64,000 nucleotides of DNA from an uncultured Desulfarculales bacterium (lineage in GTDB: Bacteria; Desulfobacterota; Desulfarculia; Desulfarculales; JAHJDS01). Positions 50,373 through 57,663 of this stretch are shown here, piece after piece (the stretch's first letter is position 1; every line of letters begins with the position of its first letter). The notes below the pieces were generated by a model. It had not been told where the DNA came from. It searched no databases and was given only the letters and a program-made list of their open reading frames with translations. Made by a program: the position numbers and the translations under genes. The DNA lies in assembly GCA_964569795.1 (NCBI GenBank), contig CAZMVB010000001.1:195233-259232 (forward strand), written 5' to 3'.

Positions 50373-50918
50373 TCAGTTCAGGCGGCCGACCCGTTCTGAC
50401 CGCTCGGCCGCGGCTTTTCTCCGGGAAACGCCCACCACCTTGACGAAGATGACCTTGTCGTCCTCGGGGGCGTAAAAGTCCTCGAGGCGGGCCGTCTCGA
50501 CGTATCCCCGCCCCTCGTAGAAACCCCGGGTCGGCGCGTACTTGGGGCCGGACGAGGTATCGACGTAGATCCGGCGCCCTCCGGCCTTGATCACCCGCCG
50601 CTCGACCTCGGCCAGCAGCAGGCGACCGATGCCCTGGCCCCTCAGGTTCCGCCAGACCACGATCCAGTACAGGTCCCAACTGCTGGCCGTGGCGGGAATG
50701 GGACCGTAACAGGCGTAACCCAAGGGGGAGTCGTCCAGTTCGGCGAACAGGAAATGGTAACCGCTGTCCAGCCCCTTGGCCAGGCGCTCCTCGACCAGTT
50801 GGCCGGCGATCTCGACCTCTTCCCGGTGGAAAAAGCCGGAGCCGGCACACATCCGCCGCACCAGGTCCGGGTCGGTCGCCTTGACCCGGTCGCGCCAGGT
50901 TAGTTTGGAACGCCGCAC
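50373..50918 (-). CDS. GNAT-family N-acetyltransferase
   Basis: The acetyl-CoA motif A is WRNLRGQGIGRLLLAEVERR. The GTG at 50918 lies 14 nt after the upstream stop. The longer track ORF (to 51284) overlaps the upstream gene out of frame. Confidence 0.75.
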   Translation of the reverse strand: MRRSKLTWRDRVKATDPDLVRRMCAGSGFFHREEVEIAGQLVEERLAKGLDSGYHFLFAELDDSPLGYACYGPIPATASSWDLYWIVVWRNLRGQGIGRLLLAEVERRVIKAGGRRIYVDTSSGPKYAPTRGFYEGRGYVETARLEDFYAPEDDKVIFVKVVGVSRRKAAAERSERVGRLN

Positions 50919-50932
50919 CCCAGCCCCCTGAC

Positions 50933-52021
50933 TCAGGCCGTGACCGACCGCTCGTCCGGCCGCGGCCCGGTCCCGAGGGCCGCCGGTAACGGCCAGGCTT
51001 CGGTCCGGCCCCGGCGGCCGGGACCGGGCCGGTTGGCGTCGGCCATGATCCGGGACAGCACCTGGGCCGGGGACAGGCCGGCCCGCTGGGCGGCGGCCAT
51101 GAAGCCGGCCTCGGCCTCGAGACAGGGATTGGCGTTGGCCTCGAGGATAAAGGGGCGGCCGTCCGTATCCACCCGGAAGTCGATCCGGGCCCAGCCCCGA
51201 AAACCGAAGCAGCGCCAGGCCGCCAGGCTCAAGTCGGTCAGGGTCTGAAGCAGGGCCCGGTCGCCCTCGGGAAAATCGAAGCAACGTCGGGTGTGCCGGT
51301 ACTCAAAGGAATTTTCAACCCACTTGGCCCGGTAACCGACCACCCGGGGCCGGTCGGGACCATAGCCCTCGAACTCGATCTCGGCCGGGGGCAGCGCCTC
51401 GGGGCCGGTCTCGGTGGCCAGAAGGGACAGGTTGAATTCCCGGCCGGGGACAAACGCCTCGGCAAAGTAACGGACGCCCGTGACGTGAAAGAGGTCCTGG
51501 AGCCGCTCCCGGATTTGATCCGGGTCGTCGCCCGGGACCACCGAGTCGTCGTCCAGGCCCCTGGAGCCGTGCTCCCAGACCGACTTGATGATGTATTGGG
51601 AGGCCGGGGGTTCCGGCGAGATGAAACAGCGGTCGTCGAGCCACCCCGGGGTGGGCAGGCCGGCCCGGCAAAGGGCCGCCTTGGCCGCCAGCTTGTCCGA
51701 GGACAGGGCCATGGCCCGTCCGTCGGCCCCGGTGAAGGCCAGACCCAGGGTGGCCAGCAACTCGGGCGGCCGGTGGATCAGGCGTTCCTCTCCCCAGGGG
51801 GCCTCGACCAGATTGAAGACCAGGTCCGGGGCGGAGTTGATCAGCCGGCTCAGCGCGGCGGTCGATCCGGACCAGGCCGCCCGTTCCACCCGATGCCCCA
51901 GGTCCGCCAGGAGGCGGGACACCTGGTCGGCCTGGACCAGGTTGTCCTGCCGGTCCGGATCCAGGGTCACCCCGGGCGGGTCGTGGAGGACCACGATCTT
52001 CATGGTCGCCGTCTCCGTCAT
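50933..52021 (-). CDS. Ddl-like ATP-grasp ligase 2
   Basis: MKIVVLHD..., SSDKLAAKAALCRAGLPTP, YIIKSVWEHGSRGL, and WARIDFRVDTDGRPFILEANANP. The ATG at 52021 overlaps the upstream stop (ATGA). Confidence 0.8.
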   Translation of the reverse strand: MTETATMKIVVLHDPPGVTLDPDRQDNLVQADQVSRLLADLGHRVERAAWSGSTAALSRLINSAPDLVFNLVEAPWGEERLIHRPPELLATLGLAFTGADGRAMALSSDKLAAKAALCRAGLPTPGWLDDRCFISPEPPASQYIIKSVWEHGSRGLDDDSVVPGDDPDQIRERLQDLFHVTGVRYFAEAFVPGREFNLSLLATETGPEALPPAEIEFEGYGPDRPRVVGYRAKWVENSFEYRHTRRCFDFPEGDRALLQTLTDLSLAAWRCFGFRGWARIDFRVDTDGRPFILEANANPCLEAEAGFMAAAQRAGLSPAQVLSRIMADANRPGPGRRGRTEAWPLPAALGTGPRPDERSVTA

Positions 52022-53052
52022 GAGGACCCCAGGGCCGCCCGAAAGGGGCCTGTCCCCGTCCGCGGCCAGGTCCGGTCGAGCCCGGCGCGCTTGCGGGCGG
52101 AGCGGACGATCCGGTCGATCAGCTCGGAAAAAGATATCCCGGCCAGACCGCACAGGATCGGCAGGTCCGAGTGATGGGGGTGCAGGCCGGCCAGGGGGTT
52201 GATCTCCAGGAAGTGGGGCCGGCCCGATTTGTCCAGGCGGATATCAACCCGGCCGGCGTCCCGGCAGCCGAGGCCGCGGTAAACCGCCAGGGCCAGGGCG
52301 GCGATGTCCCGGCCCTCGGCCCGGCCGGCCAGCCGGTAGCTGACCCGGTGCTCGCTCTCTTCCTTGTTGACGAACGAGTACACCCCCGGTTCGGCCCCCG
52401 GCCCCAGGAGGACCTCCATCACCCCCACCACCTCGGCCCGGGCCCCGGTGCCGACGATCCCGACGGTGAACTCCCGGCCCGGCAGAAAGGTCTCGACCAG
52501 GACCGGCTGGCGATAGGCGGCCAGCAGGTCGCGGCAGGCCCGCACCAGGGCGGCCCGGTCCATCAGGCGCGAGCCCGGGCCGATGCCCTTGCCCGTGCCC
52601 TCGGCCACGGGCTTGGCGAACAGGGGGAAGGGCAGATCGATCTCGGGGGCCTCCTCGATGGAGCTGACCACCGCGAAATCGGGCGTGGGCAGACCCAGGT
52701 CCCGGACCACCCGCTTGGCCATGCCCTTGTGCAGGGTCAGGGTCAGCACCAGCGGATCGGAAAAGGTGTAAGGCAGACCAAAAGCCTCGAGCAGGCAGGG
52801 CACCTGGGCCTCCCGCCCGTAGCCGGACACGCCCTCGGCGATGTTGAACACCAGGTCCCAGCGCCGGCCCTCGGCCAGACGCTCCACCAGGCGCGGCAGG
52901 CGGCCGATCCGCTCGGGCTGATGGCCCAGGCCGGCCAGGGTCTCCTCCAGGGCGGCGACGGTCTCCTCAGAGTCGAATTCAGCCACCTCTTCGGGGCCGA
53001 AGCCGGCCGCCCGGTAGTCATCCCGCAGGTCATAGGTCAGGCCGATGTGCAT
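52018..53052 (-). CDS. Ddl-like ATP-grasp ligase 1
   Basis: TLHKGMAKRVVRDLGLPTP, FPLFAKPVAEGTGKGI, and AGRVDIRLDKSGRPHFLEINPLAGL. Confidence 0.8.
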   Translation of the reverse strand: MHIGLTYDLRDDYRAAGFGPEEVAEFDSEETVAALEETLAGLGHQPERIGRLPRLVERLAEGRRWDLVFNIAEGVSGYGREAQVPCLLEAFGLPYTFSDPLVLTLTLHKGMAKRVVRDLGLPTPDFAVVSSIEEAPEIDLPFPLFAKPVAEGTGKGIGPGSRLMDRAALVRACRDLLAAYRQPVLVETFLPGREFTVGIVGTGARAEVVGVMEVLLGPGAEPGVYSFVNKEESEHRVSYRLAGRAEGRDIAALALAVYRGLGCRDAGRVDIRLDKSGRPHFLEINPLAGLHPHHSDLPILCGLAGISFSELIDRIVRSARKRAGLDRTWPRTGTGPFRAALGSS

Positions 53053-53065
53053 CTGACACCTCGGA

Positions 53066-54406
53066 TCATGAGCACCCGGCGCCGGTGTCCGGGTAGAGGT
53101 AGAGATCGTCCCGGAAGTTGCGGAGGATCAGGTTGCCTCCGTCCCGGCCGGCCACCGCCTCGGGACAGAGGGCCACCTTGCCGCCCCCGCCCGGGGCGTC
53201 GATGACATAGGTCGGCACGGCGTAGCCGCTGATGTGGCCCCGCAGGCCCTGGATGATCTCGAGCCCCTTGGCCACCGCGGTCCGGAAGTGGGCCGAGCCG
53301 GAGATGGGGTCGCACTGGTACAGGTAGTAGGGTCGGACCCGCATCCGGAGCAACCCCCGCATCAACTCGGCCATGGTAGCCACGTCGTCGTTCACCCCGG
53401 CCAGGAGCACCGTCTGGCTGCCCAGGGGGATGCCGGCGTTGGCCAGACGGGCGCAGGCCGCCGCCGCCTCGGGGGTCAGTTCCAGGGGATGGGTGAAGTG
53501 GAGGCTCATGAACAGGGGGTGGTAGCGCTTGAGCATCCGGACCAGACCGGTGGTGATCCGCTGGGGCAGCACGGCCGGGACCTTGGTCCCCAGGCGGATG
53601 ATCTCGACGTGCTTGATTTGGCGGAGACGGGCCAGGATCCACTCCAGGTTGCGGTTGCTCAGGGTGAGCGGATCGCCGCCCGAGACGACCACGTCACGGA
53701 TCTGCGGCGTGGCCTCGATGTAGGCCAGGGCCGCCTCGAGGCGGCGCCGGCCGCTGTGCCCCCCGCCGTGCCCGCCCACCAGGCGCGAGCGGGTGCAGTA
53801 GCGGCAGTAGGTCGAACAGAACCGGGTGACCAGCAGCAGGACCCGGTCCGGATAGCGATGGACCAGCCCCGGGGCGACCTCGTCCGCCGACTCGCCCAGG
53901 GGGTCGTCGGCCTCGCCCGGGCCGACCACGGACTCGGCAGTAACCGGCACGACGCACCGCCGGATGGGGTGCCCCGGGTCGTCGGGGTCGATCAGACTGA
54001 GGTAGTAAGGCGTGACCGCCATGGGCAGCCTCCGCTCCCCCCCGGAAAAGGCCTGGGCCTCCTCCGGGGTCAGCCGAATCATCGGATCGAGTCGTCCCGG
54101 ACCGGTCACCCGATGGCGGAGCTGCCACCGCCAGTCGTTCCAGTCGGCCCGGGTGCTGTCCGGGAAAAACCGCTGGTAAAAGGCCTTGGCCCGCTGGTTG
54201 ACGATGATGCCGTTGGTCTGCTTGACGGCTTCGAGTCTGGCCCTCGATCGGACGGGATCATCGTCCGTCTCCAGGGGAACGGCCAGGGTCAGCGCCCCTC
54301 GGGAGGGAGGTTTGTCTTCCTCGGTCGAGGATTCCCCTCTGTCCCCCAGGGGCGCGGCGCCGGCCGCCGCCTCGCTTCGGGCCGCCAAGCGGTCTTTCCG
54401 GGTCAT
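53066..54406 (-). CDS. kamA: Lysine 2,3-aminomutase (radical SAM/PLP)
   Basis: CSTYCRYCTR radical-SAM cluster, SGGDPL, GVNDD, YYLYQCDPISGSAHFR and YVIDAPGGGGK (both lysine-epsilon-binding Asp positions and the PLP Lys context). The ATG at 54406 lies 5-6 nt after GGAGG. Confidence 0.9.
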   Translation of the reverse strand: MTRKDRLAARSEAAAGAAPLGDRGESSTEEDKPPSRGALTLAVPLETDDDPVRSRARLEAVKQTNGIIVNQRAKAFYQRFFPDSTRADWNDWRWQLRHRVTGPGRLDPMIRLTPEEAQAFSGGERRLPMAVTPYYLSLIDPDDPGHPIRRCVVPVTAESVVGPGEADDPLGESADEVAPGLVHRYPDRVLLLVTRFCSTYCRYCTRSRLVGGHGGGHSGRRRLEAALAYIEATPQIRDVVVSGGDPLTLSNRNLEWILARLRQIKHVEIIRLGTKVPAVLPQRITTGLVRMLKRYHPLFMSLHFTHPLELTPEAAAACARLANAGIPLGSQTVLLAGVNDDVATMAELMRGLLRMRVRPYYLYQCDPISGSAHFRTAVAKGLEIIQGLRGHISGYAVPTYVIDAPGGGGKVALCPEAVAGRDGGNLILRNFRDDLYLYPDTGAGCS

Positions 54407-54459
54407 TTTCACCTCCAAACTCAAGTTGGGTTCATTCCTGCCCTCCGGGCGGCCGGTCC

Positions 54460-54726
54460 TCAATCCAGGAGCCGGTAGCCTTCCACCCGGATCAATCCCT
54501 CACCCCGGGCCGAACGCCTCCGCCGGCCCGTGACCATCACCTCGCGCCCGACCAGGTGGTCGATCCCTTTGGCCGAACCGGACGTCTCGACCCGGTACTC
54601 CTGTTCGTCAAAGGTGGACAGGACCACGCCAATCACCCGCCCGTCCCGATCCCACTCCACGGGGATGATCAGGCCGCGGATCTCGATCCGCTCGCCACCG
54701 TCGGACTCGGTTCGGGTCACGTCCAC
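54460..54726 (-). CDS. Small (88 aa) hypothetical protein, first gene of the sigma-54 operon
   Basis: An open frame with a GTG start about 70 nt downstream of the predicted sigma-54 start site. It is beta-rich and charged and ends ...RVEGYRLLD. I recognise no family. Confidence 0.45.
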   Translation of the reverse strand: MDVTRTESDGGERIEIRGLIIPVEWDRDGRVIGVVLSTFDEQEYRVETSGSAKGIDHLVGREVMVTGRRRRSARGEGLIRVEGYRLLD

Positions 54727-54804
54727 CTCTCGGCCAGGGCGGTCAATGATTACCTGGCCCTCAGCGGCCCCAAGGGGCCCCGCTGATGGCCCGCGCCCTG
54801 TAAT

Positions 54805-54820
54805 GGCAACGGCCGTGCCA
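54805..54820 (-). promoter_or_regulatory. Sigma-54 (-24/-12) promoter
   Basis: The minus strand reads TGGCACGGCCGTTGCC, which matches TGGCACG-N4-TTGCW at every position except the last. It lies about 80 nt upstream of the first ORF and downstream of an EBP gene and palindromic sites. Confidence 0.75.
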
Positions 54821-54873
54821 TATTTTTAATTTATTGTTTTAATTGAATAAATTTAAAGCAAGCGGCCAGTTCA

Positions 54874-54888
54874 GGAACTACGAGTTCC
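54874..54888. promoter_or_regulatory. Palindromic upstream activator site A (GGAAC-N5-GTTCC)
   Basis: GGAACTACGAGTTCC followed by GAT, about 55-70 nt upstream of the -24 element. Confidence 0.55.
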
Positions 54889-54977
54889 GATATCAGATCG
54901 AAAAGGCAGACAGGGCCGGGCCATGGCGGGAGTCTTTTTGGACAACTTATTGAATTTACATTAACTTATTAAATTTG

Positions 54978-54992
54978 CGAACCGGAAGTTCC
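54978..54992. promoter_or_regulatory. Palindromic upstream activator site B
   Basis: CGAACCGGAAGTTCC followed by GAT, preceded by the AT-rich module TTACATTAACTTATTAAATTTG. Confidence 0.55.
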
Positions 54993-55007
54993 GATTAAAC
55001 GCGACTC

Positions 55008-55022
55008 AGAACTCAGAGTTCC
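55008..55022. promoter_or_regulatory. Palindromic upstream activator site C
   Basis: AGAACTCAGAGTTCC followed by GGT. Confidence 0.5.
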
Positions 55023-55062
55023 GGTTTGACAGCCATGGATTGACATTAATTTATTAAATATA

Positions 55063-55077
55063 CGAATGAGAAGTTCC
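55063..55077. promoter_or_regulatory. Palindromic upstream activator site D
   Basis: CGAATGAGAAGTTCC followed by GAT, preceded by the AT-rich module TTGACATTAATTTATTAAATATA, which is nearly identical to the module before site B. Confidence 0.5.
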
Positions 55078-55123
55078 GATCAATGACGATTCAGAAGGCG
55101 GGTTTCGATTTAATAACCATTGG

Positions 55124-56572
55124 CTACTTATAATCCTCCTTGCGCAGCCCATGCCTGGTCATCAGTTTGTGGAGTTGCCGGGTGGTCACGCCGGCGGCCC
55201 GGGCACTCTTGTCGATGCGGCCCTGGTTGGCGGTCAAGATCGACTGGAGGTATTGGCGCTCGATCAGTTCCAGGCCGCGGCGGCGGACCTCGGCCAGGGG
55301 CGGGGCGGCCGGGGTCTCGCCCGGGGGCGGGAGGGACCGGGTGGCCAGGAGCTCGACCGGGACCACGTCCACGGTCAGGACCGGTGAGTTGGCCAGGATG
55401 TAGGCCCGCTCGATGATGTTTTCCAGTTCGCGGATGTTGCCCGGCCAGTAGTATCCGGTCAGGGCGGCCATGAGTTCGCTTTGCACGCCCTTGATGTTCT
55501 TGCCGTAGGTCCGGTTGAGCCGCCCCAGGAGGCCCTCGACCAAAAGGGGGACGTCCTCGGTCCGGTCCCGCAGGGCGGGCAGGTCGATGGGGAAGACGTT
55601 GAGCCGGTAAAAAAGGTCCCGCCGGAACAGACCCTTGTCGCAGAGGTCGGCCAGGTCCTGGTTGGTGGCGGCCACGATCCGGACGTCCACCTCGATGGGG
55701 ATCTCGCCGCCGACCCGGCTGAATTGCTTTTCCTGAAGGACCTCGAGGAGGCGGATCTGGGTGGCCGGACTGACGGTGCCGATCTCGTCCAGGAAGATGG
55801 TCCCCCCCTGGGCGATCTCGAACTTGCCCAGCTTGCGCTTGACGGCGCCGGTGAAGGCGCCCTTTTCATGGCCGAAGAGTTCGCTTTCGATCAGGGTCTC
55901 GGCCATGGCCCCGCAGTGCACGGCGATGAAGGGTCCCTCGGCCCGGTGGCTCAGGCCGTGGATGACCTTGGCCATCAGGCTCTTGCCGGTCCCGGTTTCA
56001 CCGGTGAGCAGGACCGTGGTCTTGGTCCTGGCCACCGACTTGATCTTGTCCAGGGCCGACTTCATGGCCGGGGAGTCGGTCCGCATCCCCCGGAACAGGT
56101 CGCCCCGCCACGAATTCTCCCGGAGGTGGGCCAGTTCGGACTCGATCTGCCGCCACTCGGACAGGCTGTCGATGACAAAGCCGATCTCGGCCGGATCCAC
56201 GGGATAGGTCAGATATTCGCTGGCCCCGGCCCTGACGGCGGTCACCGCCCGCCGGATCTGGGCCTGGTCGGACATGACGATGATCGGGGCGGTGGCGTAG
56301 GCCTCCCAGTAGGGCTGCAGGGCCTGGGTGTAGTCGGCCCGGCCGTCGCGGTTCGGGCCGCTCTCCAGAAACGATAGGTCGATGAAGGTGTACTCGTACC
56401 TCTTGCGCCTGAACGTCTCCAGGCAGGCCTCCCTGGTGGCGGCCAGATCGACCTTGAATTCGCGGTCGAAGTGGGCCCGGATGATCTCGGCCGCCTCGTG
56501 GTTGGTCGTGCCCAGCAGAATTGACTTCAAGACCGCACCCGGTGTTCGTTTTGGGGCAAGTCTAGACCACAC
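55124..56572 (-). CDS. Sigma-54-dependent transcriptional activator (NtrC-type EBP) with atypical receiver domain
   Basis: The AAA+ core has [15 protein letters not shown] (Walker A), the GAFTGA loop (EKGAFTGAV) and [10 protein letters not shown]. The C-terminal Fis-type HTH is [21 protein letters not shown]. The N-terminal ~120 aa are receiver-like. GTG start after GGAAGAGG. Confidence 0.9.
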   Translation of the reverse strand: MWSRLAPKRTPGAVLKSILLGTTNHEAAEIIRAHFDREFKVDLAATREACLETFRRKRYEYTFIDLSFLESGPNRDGRADYTQALQPYWEAYATAPIIVMSDQAQIRRAVTAVRAGASEYLTYPVDPAEIGFVIDSLSEWRQIESELAHLRENSWRGDLFRGMRTDSPAMKSALDKIKSVARTKTTVLLTGETGTGKSLMAKVIHGLSHRAEGPFIAVHCGAMAETLIESELFGHEKGAFTGAVKRKLGKFEIAQGGTIFLDEIGTVSPATQIRLLEVLQEKQFSRVGGEIPIEVDVRIVAATNQDLADLCDKGLFRRDLFYRLNVFPIDLPALRDRTEDVPLLVEGLLGRLNRTYGKNIKGVQSELMAALTGYYWPGNIRELENIIERAYILANSPVLTVDVVPVELLATRSLPPPGETPAAPPLAEVRRRGLELIERQYLQSILTANQGRIDKSARAAGVTTRQLHKLMTRHGLRKEDYK

Positions 56573-56830
56573 CCTCTTCCTGGCGCAATTTTTTTAGTCG
56601 CCGGCCGAGGACCTGTCGGGTGAAGTTAAGTCGGGCGAAGGGGGAAGACAACCGGAGGCCGCCACCTATTTTTCGCGGAGGCGCTGCTGGGCGCCTGCGA
56701 CCGGGCCTGGCTGGTCCTGGGCTTCGCCACCTCCGCCGCCCAGGTGGGGCCCTGATCCGGTTTGACCGGGAAACGCACAGAATATCTTTTAAAATACCAA
56801 AAACAACAAAATGTTATATGGATGTTAAGT

Positions 56831-56855
56831 GGTTCGAATCCGGTTGCCGCCTCCA
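56831..56855 (+). repeat. Direct repeat copy 2: orphan 3' fragment of tRNA-Cys (attR-like)
   Basis: GGTTCGAATCCGGTTGCCGCCTCCA is identical to 28551-28575. No upstream tRNA body is present, and it is preceded by AT-rich DNA. Confidence 0.85.
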
Positions 56856-57042
56856 CCCGGGGGGCTGAATTTCCTGGGGCCTTTTTCGTTGGGTCGGCTA
56901 AATTCAGGCGCTGGATTTTTCGGGGTTTAATTCAAGGCGTCATGAATCGACAGCGATTCAATATTTCTTCAGCGGTCCGGCAGGGCCGGTTTTTTTTTCA
57001 AAGCAAAGTTATTCACGGACCGAGGGGCCCGTTTTTCTGGCC

Positions 57043-57089
57043 AAAAAAGCAGAAGACTTCCCCTCGCCGAGACGAGAAGGAAGTCTCCT
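57043..57089 (-). terminator. Rho-independent terminator of the RRM gene
   Basis: On the minus strand, the stem AGACTTCC/GGAAGTCT (8 bp, plus an inner CTCG/CGAG stem) is followed by GCTTTTTTGG. Confidence 0.5.
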
Positions 57090-57132
57090 GGTTTAAATGC
57101 GGCCTATGCCGCTGGGGTGATCGAATCCGGTC

Positions 57133-57405
57133 TTACCAGCGGCGCTGCGGGCGCGGCTCGCGGGGCTTGGCCTCGTTCACCTTCAGGGTCCGGCCGTCCA
57201 GTTCCACGCCGTTGAGGGCCTCGATGGCGGCCTGGGCGGCCTCGCCGTCCTCCATTTCCACGAACCCGAAGCCCCGCGGCCGGCCGGTGTCCCGGTCGGT
57301 GATCAGATTGGCCGACTGCACGGTGCCGTATTGCTCGAACAGGGCCCGCACGGCATCTTCGGTGGAATCATAGGACAAATTGCCCACGTAAATGTTCTTT
57401 CCCAT
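57133..57405 (-). CDS. RRM-type RNA-binding protein
   Basis: RNP-2 is IYVGNL and RNP-1 is RGFGFVEM; 90 aa with a basic tail. Confidence 0.9.
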   Translation of the reverse strand: MGKNIYVGNLSYDSTEDAVRALFEQYGTVQSANLITDRDTGRPRGFGFVEMEDGEAAQAAIEALNGVELDGRTLKVNEAKPREPRPQRRW

Positions 57406-57554
57406 TTCTTCAAAACTCCTTCGAGAAAAATACAGGTCCCCCTCACGGGGGGCAACTCCGGCGCAACGAGCTTAACTTATTGGCTGAGATATTCGCGGCC
57501 ACTGCCGGCGGATCTGAGCGGTCGGTGTCAGCTTATTGCCCAACTTAAATCTAA

Positions 57555-57582
57555 ATTATATTTTCGTATTTGGTATTGTCAA
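57555..57582 (-). promoter_or_regulatory. Consensus sigma-70 promoter for the RRM gene
   Basis: The minus strand reads TTGACA-16 nt-TATAAT. This implies a 5' UTR of about 140 nt. Confidence 0.5.
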
Positions 57583-57663
57583 TAAGTTTCGGTGGAATTT
57601 ATAAAAAATACCTGCCTCGATCCGCACCCCCCTGTACCCGCCCGGGGGTTCGTCCCGGCCGGA

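Larger units (their letters stand above)
28551..56855. mobile_element. Putative tRNA-Cys-integrated genomic island (~28.3 kb), integrase not detected
   Basis: It is bounded by exact 25-bp direct repeats consisting of the tRNA-Cys 3' end. AT-rich DNA lies just inside both ends. The content is accessory (orphan CRISPR, catabolic and sigma-54 clusters). No integrase or excisionase was recognised, so it may be an immobilised remnant. Confidence 0.5.

Noticed and set aside
50919-51284. N-terminal 122 aa of the 303-aa ORF containing the GNAT domain
   Set aside because: This part overlaps the ATP-grasp-2 gene in another frame and is Pro/Gly/Arg-rich. GNAT homology starts near the GTG at 50918.
28576-56830. 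Search for integrase, excisionase, transposase, cas, conjugation or phage genes inside the repeat-bounded segment
   Set aside because: None of the translated ORFs shows tyrosine/serine recombinase, DDE transposase or Cas motifs. The island call rests only on the 25-bp tRNA repeat and the accessory content, so its confidence is kept moderate.
56762-57373. 203-aa plus-strand ORF covering the tRNA fragment and running antisense through the RRM gene
   Set aside because: No motifs. It overlaps the clearly identified RRM gene and its terminator on the opposite strand.
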